Shown one piece after another: positions 54,833-62,969 of a stretch of 64,000 bases of DNA (the stretch's first letter is position 1; each line of letters begins with the position of its first letter). Under the pieces are notes generated by a model that ran no database searches, had not been told where the DNA came from, and worked only from the letters and a program-made list of their open reading frames with translations. Origin of the DNA: a virus (Duplodnaviria; Caudoviricetes). The DNA lies in IMG/VR virus record IMGVR_UViG_3300005615_000001, positions 7,508 through 71,507 of that record; one strand, 5' to 3'. A program made the translations under genes and the position numbers.

Positions 54833-55290
54833 CTAGCAAACCGATTTCCGAACCTGACCGCGACCGCGATCTCCGGAACCTTGATCCGATCTTTCGCGAG
54901 AAACTGATCGCCGTCCTCGCCGAGATGGAAGCGCTCGGAACGCCGTTTAAGTTGAGCGAAGGCTTCAGGACCGAGAAGCGGCAGGCGTGGCTGTTCGGTC
55001 AGGGGCGAATGTCCGCACCGTTCGGACGCGAAGGACCGAAGGTCACGAATGCGAACGGGATTACTAAGCTGTCGAATCACCAGGGCACCGGCGAGCCCGG
55101 AACCGGATGCGCCGCAGACTGCTATCCGGCTGGCGCTGATGGGAAGATCATCTGGCCCCCACCATCAGACTCGGATGCGCGATGGGAGCTCTACGCTCGA
55201 GCCGCCGAGAAGCGTGGACTCGTCGCCGGATATCGATGGAAGCAACCGCACGATCCGCCGCACATCGAACTCAGGAAGGCGCGAAAGTGA
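54829..55290 (+). CDS. M15-family (L-Ala-D-Glu) peptidase endolysin
   Basis: EGFRT..RQ..L..QGR; KVTNA; SNH...A.D; DPPHIEL. Confidence 0.9.
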   Translation: MTSKPISEPDRDRDLRNLDPIFREKLIAVLAEMEALGTPFKLSEGFRTEKRQAWLFGQGRMSAPFGREGPKVTNANGITKLSNHQGTGEPGTGCAADCYPAGADGKIIWPPPSDSDARWELYARAAEKRGLVAGYRWKQPHDPPHIELRKARK

Positions 55291-55391
55291 CGCGTCTTTG
55301 GGTGGGCAAGGGCCTGAACGGGCTGATCAAACGTCGGGAAGCGGAAGCGGCGCTCGTGGAATCGACGGTAGGTATTCGGGGGAGCGTCTGA
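55287..55391 (+). pseudogene. C-terminal remnant of a GH24-type phage lysozyme
   Basis: TRLWVGKGLNGLIKRREAEAALVE. Confidence 0.6.
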
Positions 55392-55815
55392 GGGGCTGCG
55401 CGTGCGGCTCAACACTCCGATGCGAGCGGTGCACGAACTGCACAGGTGGCATCCGCAAGTCGGACCAAGGCTTCGCGTTTATCTGCCGCTCGTGCGGCGG
55501 TACAGGTTGGGTGCACGGCAGTGCGGCGGACATCGTTGCTGGCATTCGAAAGGAACTGCAAGAGGACGCGCACGCAGCACGGCATGACTAATCTTTGGCA
55601 ACATGAAAGCAGCGGGACGCGACGATCTGCACGCGGCAGACAGGTGATACGCGCCGGCGAAAGCAAGTGGCATGAAAACGTCGTGGAGTCCCGATCCAAA
55701 GGCCACCGGAAGTCCCGGCAATGCGCGAATGGAGCCGGGCTGATTCGGTCGCGGAAATTACGCGACTCGCGTTCCATGCTTTTCATGTTGCGAGGGATCA
55801 CGATCGGAGGAACGA

Positions 55816-56061
55816 ATGAACACTGAGACTGGCGATGTGGCAGCGATGAGGGTGCTCGCGGAGGAGCTGGAGAAGCATGGCCGCGGCGAGTACGTGAGCG
55901 GACTTCTCAAGCCGATTGACCCGGCGAATCTCACGCCGCGTGTGCGCGCGCAACTCGCTAGCAGCGGGCGAACGCGGATCGGACGAAACTCGCCGTGTCC
56001 GTGCGGAAGCCGGAAGCGCTTCAAGCGGTGCTGCATGACGGGTAAAGGCGCTGCGAAATGA
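55816..56061 (+). CDS. SEC-C motif protein
   Basis: IGRNSPCPCGSRKRFKRCC; GGAGG SD. Confidence 0.85.
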   Translation: MNTETGDVAAMRVLAEELEKHGRGEYVSGLLKPIDPANLTPRVRAQLASSGRTRIGRNSPCPCGSRKRFKRCCMTGKGAAK

Positions 56062-56279
56062 AGAAGCACGCACTCGCACCTGTCCCGCATCCTGACGAAC
56101 CCCGCAAACGCCGTCCGAAACTCGAAACGCGCGCAGCCGAGGCGCGTCTGTTTCGGTTCTTCCGCGAGTCGTTTCGCGAGATCGCCGAAGGCACGACGTG
56201 GCGACGGCGGCAACAGCTACGAGAGGATGCCAAGCGCGAAGTGAACGCTTACTTCGATGCGAAGGTGGGGAAACAGTGA
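56058..56279 (+). CDS. small basic protein
   Basis: Coupled ORF. Confidence 0.5.
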   Translation: MKKHALAPVPHPDEPRKRRPKLETRAAEARLFRFFRESFREIAEGTTWRRRQQLREDAKREVNAYFDAKVGKQ

Positions 56280-56641
56280 AGCGCGATGCGAGCAAGAAGA
56301 TCTCCGGCATGACGCCGCACGACTCAGTTGCCAGCATCGAACGAACCAAGCCACGCCTCGTCGTGATCGAATGGCACGATTCCATGTCGTACTCTGCACC
56401 TTGGAAGGCCGTCGTGAAACTCGCCGAAGATCTGCGGAAGCACGGCCAAGACATCATTCGCACGGTTGGATGGATCGTTGACGACACGAAGGATTACGTA
56501 CTGACGGTGGGGGATCTGGACTTCGATGCGGACGAGAAGTTCTCGATTCAAATGGTGGGCAGGGCCATGACCATCCCGCGCGGATGCATCATCCGCATGA
56601 AGGTCATCAAAGATCCGTTCGGAGTAGCGCCGAAGCGATGA
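56276..56641 (+). CDS. conserved phage protein
   Basis: VVIEWHDS...W...RTVGWIV.D...IPRGCI pattern. Confidence 0.7.
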   Translation: MKRDASKKISGMTPHDSVASIERTKPRLVVIEWHDSMSYSAPWKAVVKLAEDLRKHGQDIIRTVGWIVDDTKDYVLTVGDLDFDADEKFSIQMVGRAMTIPRGCIIRMKVIKDPFGVAPKR

Positions 56642-56871
56642 GGCGCAGGCCCTACACGGAGATTGGCATTCGTCGTCTGAAATGCGTGCGATGCGGCGAA
56701 CAGGCAAAGGAGCAGTGGAGCGCGTGCGCTGACGGCAACGTGTGGCGGCCTATCTGCCCTGCGTGCGACGTGAAGTTGAATGCGATGGCGCTGAAGTTTA
56801 TGCGTGTGCCAGATTGGAAGGCAAAAATGCGACGCTACACGAAGAGACGCCTCTTGCCGCATGCCGAGTGA
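56638..56871 (+). CDS. phage Zn-finger protein
   Basis: PYTEIGIRRLKCVRCG...QWSACADGN.WRPIC..CD. Confidence 0.65.
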   Translation: MRRRPYTEIGIRRLKCVRCGEQAKEQWSACADGNVWRPICPACDVKLNAMALKFMRVPDWKAKMRRYTKRRLLPHAE

Positions 56872-57220
56872 ATTCGGTACACTCTGCGCACAAACCACAG
56901 AGCCGACGCGGTATCCGAAAACGCCTCGCATGGGTTGATCGCCTGCGAGGCGTTTTCACATCCGCGCTATCATGAGCGGCGATGCGCGGATTCGCTGTTG
57001 ATGGATGTGACCTCAACGGGCCGGGGACATTCATGCTGGCCTACGACCTGATCGGTCGGCCGCACACTCTCCGAACCGATGAAGCGGCGATGCATTCGCG
57101 TTCGCTCTCGTGTCGATGCTCCCCACACGTCATCATCAATGCGTGCCGGGTCCGGGTGATCACACATCGGAGACTTCGCAACTCACGCTCCATGTACCAG
57201 CCGTGGGAGCGCGGCAACTG

Positions 57221-57409
57221 ATGGACGGCATCGATATCGCGCGAACCATCTACGCTACCGTCCTTGGCTCGGCTCTGCTCGTTTTCATCGTAGCCGTGGT
57301 CAGGCTCGCAATGCTGCCGATGCCTCCGAGTTGGCAGCACCCGAACGTGCCGCCAGCGATGCTGCCTCCTATGCCGAAACCGCCTCCCGACTCGGAGATG
57401 GAACACTGA
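57221..57409 (+). CDS. TM protein with Pro/Met-rich tail
   Basis: One TM then PMPP/PAMLPPMPKPPP. Confidence 0.45.
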   Translation: MDGIDIARTIYATVLGSALLVFIVAVVRLAMLPMPPSWQHPNVPPAMLPPMPKPPPDSEMEH

Positions 57410-58983
57410 TGGCGCCACTGATGACGTTACGTGGGGCGGGCGTGCTGCCGATCGGCGCGACTCCACAGTCAGCCCTCGCCGAGCGCGAGAAGGAACGGCG
57501 TCGCATCGCTGAGCAGATGCAACGAGAAGTGCGAAGCTACGCGGCAACTCACGCTATGCTCGGACCCGAGATCGACATGCCGGGCGTGAACGTGGATCAG
57601 CTCATGCCATCTCCCGATAAAGTCGCGTGGCGCACCGGCGATTACTCGACCTACGATGACATGGCTCGCAACGTCCTCGTGTACAAGGCGTTGAACGAGA
57701 AAGCGAAGGATGTCGTCGAATCATGCGATCTCCAGTTCCTCGCCGGCAGGCCTGGCGATCCCGAGAGCGAGCGTGCGCGCGATGTCGTGCAGGCGGCATA
57801 CGAAGGGATCAACGACCTTTCGATCGCCATGCGGCACGCCCAGCAGGCGTACGAACGCGGCTTCGGCCCGCTGGAGAACGTGTGGGACATCCACGACCGC
57901 GGAGCAGCTAGAGGCTTTTGGGCACCGAAGACGCTCATCACGATTCCGATCAACTGGATCGGTTTCGATTGGCACCGGCAGCCGATGCTGAAGGAGAGCA
58001 GATACAAATCGGATGGTTTGGCGCTGCCGGGGTGGAAGGTGTCGTTCATGCGATGCGGCTCGAACTTCACCGGGTACGGCAGCGGGTACGGTCAGGACGC
58101 GTATCCCACGGTGTGGACGATGCAGCATCTTCTGCTCGGAGCGATGAAAGAGTTGGATCGGTTCGGGTATTTTCCGATCGTTGGGAAGGTGCCTCGCAAA
58201 TGGTCCGATGAACGGATCATCACAGAGAAAGTGACACTCGCGTCTCAGTGGCCGAACGTCATTCTCGTCCGTGGCGACGTTGACGAGCTGGACCTCGGCG
58301 AGCCGCTAGGAGCAACGACCGCCTACTCCGGCGCGAGCGCGAACATCAAGGCGAGACTTGATCTTCTGCGTGTTTGCGAGCAGTGGCTTCACGACCTCAT
58401 CCAGGGTTCGATGTCGAGCTCTGGCAACCAAGCGGAGGGATCGTTCGCCCGCGATGCCGTTGCTTCGAATGATCGCATGTGGAAGGCGCCGTCCTTTGCG
58501 GCCGTGAAGGAGTCGATGATCAATCGCGACTTCATCCGACCGGTGATGATGGTCAACTTCCCGGCGCTCGAAGAAGACGCGTGGCCACATGCCGCGATCG
58601 ATGCCAAGTTCGCGGAAGACCTTTCGCTCTTCATGAGTCTGTGCGAGCGCGGCGTGAAGATGGGAATGCGCATCTCGCAGGTTGTGGTGAGCGAGCGAAC
58701 AAAGATCCCTCTCGCTAAGGATGGCGATGTGGTGCTGACGGCGCCGGCGACCTCCATCCCGATCACCGACCCGGTGCCGATCGGCGAGGGTGCGGATGCC
58801 GTTGGTCGTGCCGTGAAAGCCATGTCCGAGCCCGTCGTGCGGGTGTGGACGAAGAAGGGCATGCGTGAGTATCGGCCGGATGACGCGGTCTACATCGAAG
58901 GGCGCGGCGTGGAGCGCGCGATCAAACTCCAGAAGGGGTTTGAGATCGTGGACGATCCGACGATGTTCGCTGCGGTGCAGTGA
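57409..58983 (+). CDS. portal protein (Mu gp29/DUF935-like)
   Basis: 524 aa; AYERGFGPLENVW, GYGSGYGQDAYP..W, LDRFGYFPIVGKVP, GSFAR, LIRPV-like segment. Confidence 0.85.
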   Translation: MAPLMTLRGAGVLPIGATPQSALAEREKERRRIAEQMQREVRSYAATHAMLGPEIDMPGVNVDQLMPSPDKVAWRTGDYSTYDDMARNVLVYKALNEKAKDVVESCDLQFLAGRPGDPESERARDVVQAAYEGINDLSIAMRHAQQAYERGFGPLENVWDIHDRGAARGFWAPKTLITIPINWIGFDWHRQPMLKESRYKSDGLALPGWKVSFMRCGSNFTGYGSGYGQDAYPTVWTMQHLLLGAMKELDRFGYFPIVGKVPRKWSDERIITEKVTLASQWPNVILVRGDVDELDLGEPLGATTAYSGASANIKARLDLLRVCEQWLHDLIQGSMSSSGNQAEGSFARDAVASNDRMWKAPSFAAVKESMINRDFIRPVMMVNFPALEEDAWPHAAIDAKFAEDLSLFMSLCERGVKMGMRISQVVVSERTKIPLAKDGDVVLTAPATSIPITDPVPIGEGADAVGRAVKAMSEPVVRVWTKKGMREYRPDDAVYIEGRGVERAIKLQKGFEIVDDPTMFAAVQ

Positions 58984-59030
58984 GAGTTAGTCGCCAAAGC
59001 GCAGAGCACGTACCCATCAGTGTTGTGTGT

Positions 59031-59125
59031 TGGCGGAGGGCAAGGGACTCGAACCCTCACTCCACGGTTTTGCCGTGGTTACCCGTTTTCAAGACGGGGC
59101 CGATACGAATTCCGGTCAACCCTCC
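59031..59125 (-). tRNA. tRNA-Ser(UGA)
   Basis: GGAGGGT...CCCGT-CTTGAAA-ACGGG; long variable arm; GTTCGA; CCA. Confidence 0.92.
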
Positions 59126-59130
59126 GGCTG

Positions 59131-59218
59131 TGGCGGAGAGGCGAGGAATCGAACCTCGGCACGCTTTCGCGCGACGACGGCTTAGCAAGCCGCTGCCTTA
59201 CCACTCGGCCAACTCTCC
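59131..59218 (-). tRNA. tRNA-Ser(GCU)
   Basis: GGAGAGT...GCGGC-TTGCTAA-GCCGT; long variable arm; GTTCGA; CCA. Confidence 0.92.
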
Positions 59219-59232
59219 AACTCATGCGGCGC

Positions 59233-59258
59233 ATCTTACCACTCCGTGCTACACTCTG
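59233..59258. promoter_or_regulatory. back-to-back -10 boxes (TAAGAT for tRNAs, TACACT for 59262 gene); 13-mer variant
   Basis: GTGCTACACTCTG is 12/13 identical to the repeated motif. Confidence 0.6.
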
Positions 59259-59261
59259 TCT

Positions 59262-59822
59262 ATGGTGACAAAGATTGGACAGGATGAGACCCACGAAAGC
59301 GCCGAGAGACAGCCGGCAAGCATCGCCTTTCGCACAAGCAGGGGTTACCTTGTCACGTCCCGGACTTGCGGCGACACGCTTTGGCTTCAGCTAGTGAACG
59401 GCAACCTCGGAGAGAATTTCACGGTAGAGATGTCGCGCCCTGACGCTGTCGCGCTGGCGACGTTTCTGACCGAGATGGATCGCTACGCTAGGGTCTCTAG
59501 CATCAGCACAGGGGGCTCTGGCATGGCGAGGAAACCTGAGAAGCTGGTCGTTTTCTACCCGTATGGATGGATGCTCCACGATGGTACAGAGTCCGAGAGG
59601 CTGCGGGTACTGAGGGCTAACGTGGAGTGGACGTGGGCGGATTACGTCCTTCTTCCGGGCGACGTGAAGCAGCCGGAGTTTCGAGTGTACTGGTATGGCG
59701 GTAACTCCATGCCACCGCCGCAAACGAAACCGAAACACGACCTCTTACCACTCGCGTACTTCATCGCCGCCATCGTCGTTGCGCTGATCGCGCTGTTCGC
59801 TTCGCTCCGTGGTGTCATGTGA
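59262..59822 (+). CDS. hypothetical protein with C-terminal TM (possible fusion of two small genes)
   Basis: Leaderless ATG; internal GGSG-MARK. Confidence 0.5.
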   Translation: MVTKIGQDETHESAERQPASIAFRTSRGYLVTSRTCGDTLWLQLVNGNLGENFTVEMSRPDAVALATFLTEMDRYARVSSISTGGSGMARKPEKLVVFYPYGWMLHDGTESERLRVLRANVEWTWADYVLLPGDVKQPEFRVYWYGGNSMPPPQTKPKHDLLPLAYFIAAIVVALIALFASLRGVM

Positions 59823-60199
59823 TGGAAGCGCCGGTCACCATCACCTTTCACGAGGACTACCGATACCCGTTTCAAACGTGGGTAGTCGGCACGCGCGTTG
59901 ACGGAGAGCAGCGTTACGCGGTGATGACGTGCATGCCGGTGCGTGCGCCACGGTCGGGAGATCCGTCCGACTGGCGGGAGTACGAGGCGGCGGCGCGAGA
60001 TGCTTCCGATGGCCTGACAGCACTCCTGATGGCGGACACGCCGGAGGTGCGGGCAAAGCTATTCGACTCGGAAGACCGCCGTTACCTTTCATCGTTTGAA
60101 ATCGGTCAATTCGGTTCTACGCCTGCGGCGATCCGCTGGCCTGAACTGCTCGCCACCGTGGAGCGCGTGCGTGGCAGCGGAGGTGCGAATGGCGAATGA
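59819..60199 (+). CDS. hypothetical protein
   Basis: Coupled ORF. Confidence 0.5.
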   Translation: MMEAPVTITFHEDYRYPFQTWVVGTRVDGEQRYAVMTCMPVRAPRSGDPSDWREYEAAARDASDGLTALLMADTPEVRAKLFDSEDRRYLSSFEIGQFGSTPAAIRWPELLATVERVRGSGGANGE

Positions 60200-60488
60200 G
60201 TTCGACGAGTTCCTGACCAGGCTGCACCGTGAGTTCGCGGACAAAACGCTGATCGTCAAAGCGGGATGGGTGGGATACCGGACGATGTTCGGCATCGATG
60301 GCGAAGCTGTTGACGAGCACCGCGCGTTCTACGCTGGCGCGCAACATCTGTTCGCGTCCATCATGACCGTTTTAGATGAGGGAGCCGAACCGACCGATGC
60401 TGATCTGCGGCGAATGGACAACATTGCTGCCGAGTTGAAGGCGTTCGAGACGGTGCTTGAATCGCAGGTGCGCAAGCATGGCCACTGA
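60189..60488 (+). CDS. conserved phage protein
   Basis: HRAFYAGAQHLF motif; GGAGGT SD. Confidence 0.7.
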   Translation: MANEFDEFLTRLHREFADKTLIVKAGWVGYRTMFGIDGEAVDEHRAFYAGAQHLFASIMTVLDEGAEPTDADLRRMDNIAAELKAFETVLESQVRKHGH

Positions 60489-60750
60489 AATCAGTATCGA
60501 CGACTTCCAAAGATGGTGCGCGGAGCAGAACATCAAACTCACGTACGGTCAAATCTCTTTCGCTGATGGGGTTTTCAAATCGGAGTTGCCACTGTGCGAC
60601 GAATCGCCGAGCGGCGCGCACTACTTTTACGCGCGAGAAGGCGAGCCACTGAATGAGCGTTGCCAGTGCGGCGCCTACGGGAAGAGAGAATCATCGCACC
60701 TGCGGTTTGGTCGCCGCGTTTTTCTTCTGCCATTGGAGAAAGAAGCGTGA
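60478..60750 (+). CDS. hypothetical protein (C...H...CQC)
   Basis: Coupled ORF. Confidence 0.5.
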   Translation: MATEISIDDFQRWCAEQNIKLTYGQISFADGVFKSELPLCDESPSGAHYFYAREGEPLNERCQCGAYGKRESSHLRFGRRVFLLPLEKEA

Positions 60751-60947
60751 CGTACCTGCCGCCTCTTCATCTGTTGCGAATGGACGCGTCGGAGGGGAAG
60801 TACTTCGGTGTCTGCATTGCGCGGGGATGCAAATGGCGCGCTAAGAAGAGGGCGCTGCTTGCAGATGCTGAGCAGGATGCGCGACTTCATTGCCAGACCG
60901 CCAATCTGGCCGAGCAAGCAAAGGTGCAAAACAAGGACGGTTCATGA
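60747..60947 (+). CDS. hypothetical protein
   Basis: GTGA/ATGA coupling. Confidence 0.5.
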   Translation: MTYLPPLHLLRMDASEGKYFGVCIARGCKWRAKKRALLADAEQDARLHCQTANLAEQAKVQNKDGS

Positions 60948-62968
60948 CCGTCATCGACTCGGTTCTCCGCGCGTCCTCCTACCAACGCCGCATCGCTATC
61001 GCCGAGCAAGCTGACCGGCGGCAGGACCAAGCGGTGGACGCCGTGCTCGCGGATGGATTTGATCTCGACTGGACTCGTATCCTCGCCAATCCCGATTCAT
61101 TCGCACCGGTTGATGGCATCGAAGAAGCGCTGCGCCGCGAGTTCAAACGCGAGAGTTTCCGGAGCACCATCGACACGCTCAACCTCAGCGGAAGGCTGAT
61201 CGCGACCTTCATCCAGCAGAAACATGAAGAGGACATCGGCATCATCAATCCAGCGCCGATCCTCACGTTCAAGGAACCAGATCTTTCCGCGCCGGCAGAT
61301 GTCCTCTCCTACTGGAAGCGCATCCTGAAACTGACGGACGGCGAAGCCAACGCCATCCTGCAAAGCGTCATCGACAGCAACACGGACGGCAACATCATCG
61401 CCGATCGCATCACGCGCGAACTCGTGAAACGACTCGCCGCGCTGCACCGCGAGATCACGACGCAGCGGATCGCCCAGGTTGGTACCGGCACGCCGATCAA
61501 CGAAAGCGACACCCTCGCGGAGTTCATTCGCCGAGCGCGTGAAACGTTCCCCGACCAGTCGCGCGCATTGCTGGAGACGGAATATCGAACGCGACTCACG
61601 GGCGAATACGGAGCGGCGCGGCATGAACAGATCCTCGCGCGGCAGGCCACGTTTCCGTTCACTCAGTTTTTTGCGATCAAGGACACTAGAACGACGTGGT
61701 ATTGCTGCCTCCCTATGGGTTCATCGGGGCCTGGGGGCACTGGGTACGTCGCTGCTAGCGATGACATAACATGGTTCACTTGGAATCCGCCGAATCACTA
61801 CCGATGCTTCACTCCGGACACGCTCATAGATGCGAAAGCGACTGCGGCATTTCGCATGTCATACACTGGCGAAATCGTCGAACTGCAAACACGGAACGGG
61901 CGCGTCCTTTCCGTCACACCTAACCACCCGATAGCAACCGCGCGGGGGTTTGTGGCTGCCGAGATGATCCGCAAAGGAGACCACCTGCTCTGCCGCGAGC
62001 GCGATGTCGAAACGCGCCTTGAGATGGTTGGCGCAGTACACGAACAGAATCGCCCACCCCGCATTGATGACGCGTTCCACATGTTTGGTGAGCGCTGGCC
62101 GGTACGGCGTGCGCGTACTGCCGCATGCGACTTCGACGGCGACGCCGAGTTCGGGGACGGCCATGTCGACGTTATAGCCGTCGATGGCCAGCTGCTGGAG
62201 AACTACGTGGTTGCGCGAGCGCAGCTCCTCAGCAATTTCGTTCTCGAAACGGCCGCGGCGCCACCGCTTGCTGCGCATCCTAGCGTCGGCGAGCGTGACG
62301 TACTCGGAGTGTGGCCGTTTCCTGCCGATGTTGGACCTGTGCAGGCGGTCCATCCTGCTGCGCCTCTCGACAGCGGACATGTTCTGCCACCGGAGTTCAT
62401 TCTCTTCGGAGCGACTGCGAAATTCGACGCCTTGTGCGCGAAGGTGCGCGGCGATCGTGTGCCACTCGGCGCCGCATTCTTTCGAGAGTTGATTGACAGT
62501 TGCGCCCTGCCTATACCGAACGGCCAGCACATGATCGCTCAGCCCGAGAACGCGAGCGTTACCGCGAGATCGAACGCCAGCGCGCCGCAGACGCTTGCGG
62601 ATCGCCTTGATGCCGACGCCATATCGCCGTGCGAGCGAGATCATGGTTTCGCCGGCTTGGTAGTCTTGGACGATATCGTTGAGATTCGACGGTTCAGGTA
62701 CTCTGGTCACGTATACGACCTCCAAACGACAACAGGTCTTGTGATTGCGAACGACATTTTATCAAGCAATTGCCGCGCTACGACGTCCCCAATCGGCTAC
62801 CGGGAAGCGCAACGCATGGGCATTCTCGCGGCAGACGGGCGCACGAAGATCGCGGTCACAGGAGGCAACCCGAACCGACCATTCGGTGATCCGCCGCGCC
62901 TTGCGGTCAACCCTGAGAACGCGGATGATGTTCGCGAAGTGAAACCGGCACCAGGGTTCGGAGGATGA
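60944..62968 (+). CDS. head morphogenesis protein (Mu gpF/SPP1 gp7-like) precursor containing an intein
   Basis: LETEYRT...YGAAR, QFFAIKDTRT...C; spliced junction restores PPNHYR-CRAT. Confidence 0.88.
   Translation: MTVIDSVLRASSYQRRIAIAEQADRRQDQAVDAVLADGFDLDWTRILANPDSFAPVDGIEEALRREFKRESFRSTIDTLNLSGRLIATFIQQKHEEDIGIINPAPILTFKEPDLSAPADVLSYWKRILKLTDGEANAILQSVIDSNTDGNIIADRITRELVKRLAALHREITTQRIAQVGTGTPINESDTLAEFIRRARETFPDQSRALLETEYRTRLTGEYGAARHEQILARQATFPFTQFFAIKDTRTTWYCCLPMGSSGPGGTGYVAASDDITWFTWNPPNHYRCFTPDTLIDAKATAAFRMSYTGEIVELQTRNGRVLSVTPNHPIATARGFVAAEMIRKGDHLLCRERDVETRLEMVGAVHEQNRPPRIDDAFHMFGERWPVRRARTAACDFDGDAEFGDGHVDVIAVDGQLLENYVVARAQLLSNFVLETAAAPPLAAHPSVGERDVLGVWPFPADVGPVQAVHPAAPLDSGHVLPPEFILFGATAKFDALCAKVRGDRVPLGAAFFRELIDSCALPIPNGQHMIAQPENASVTARSNASAPQTLADRLDADAISPCERDHGFAGLVVLDDIVEIRRFRYSGHVYDLQTTTGLVIANDILSSNCRATTSPIGYREAQRMGILAADGRTKIAVTGGNPNRPFGDPPRLAVNPENADDVREVKPAPGFGG
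61859..62710 (-). CDS. antisense-nested HTH-HTH-Vsr/DUF559-like putative homing endonuclease (283 aa)
   Basis: Two HTH repeats, NUMOD3-like segment, FENEIAEEL...QQLAIDGYNVDMAVPELGVAVEV...NAGWAILFV; GGAGGT SD 7 nt before GTG. Confidence 0.85.
   Translation of the reverse strand: MTRVPEPSNLNDIVQDYQAGETMISLARRYGVGIKAIRKRLRRAGVRSRGNARVLGLSDHVLAVRYRQGATVNQLSKECGAEWHTIAAHLRAQGVEFRSRSEENELRWQNMSAVERRSRMDRLHRSNIGRKRPHSEYVTLADARMRSKRWRRGRFENEIAEELRSRNHVVLQQLAIDGYNVDMAVPELGVAVEVACGSTRTPYRPALTKHVERVINAGWAILFVYCANHLKARFDIALAAEQVVSFADHLGSHKPPRGCYRVVRCDGKDAPVPCLQFDDFASV
62718..62764 (-). promoter_or_regulatory. extended -10 promoter (TG-A-TAAAAT, 62764-62756) and SD (GGAGGT, 62723-62718) of the nested gene
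   Basis: Reverse complement of intein codons ILS and DLQ. Confidence 0.65.
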
Positions 62969-62969
62969 G

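Larger units (their letters stand above)
61805..62770 (+). mobile_element. intein (322 aa, Cys1...Asn, Cys+1)
   Basis: Block A CFTPDTLI, block B LSVTPNHPI, block F HVYDLQT, block G ILSSN|C. Confidence 0.9.

Noticed and set aside
55392-55815. Zn-finger ORF (CRSCGGTG) and following ORFs
   Set aside because: Probably coding, but no defensible start codon or frame could be assigned.
62711-62725. TTG 62725 as start of the antisense endonuclease (ORF-track call)
   Set aside because: That TTG overlaps the GGAGGT SD; GTG 62710 has optimal 7-nt spacing.
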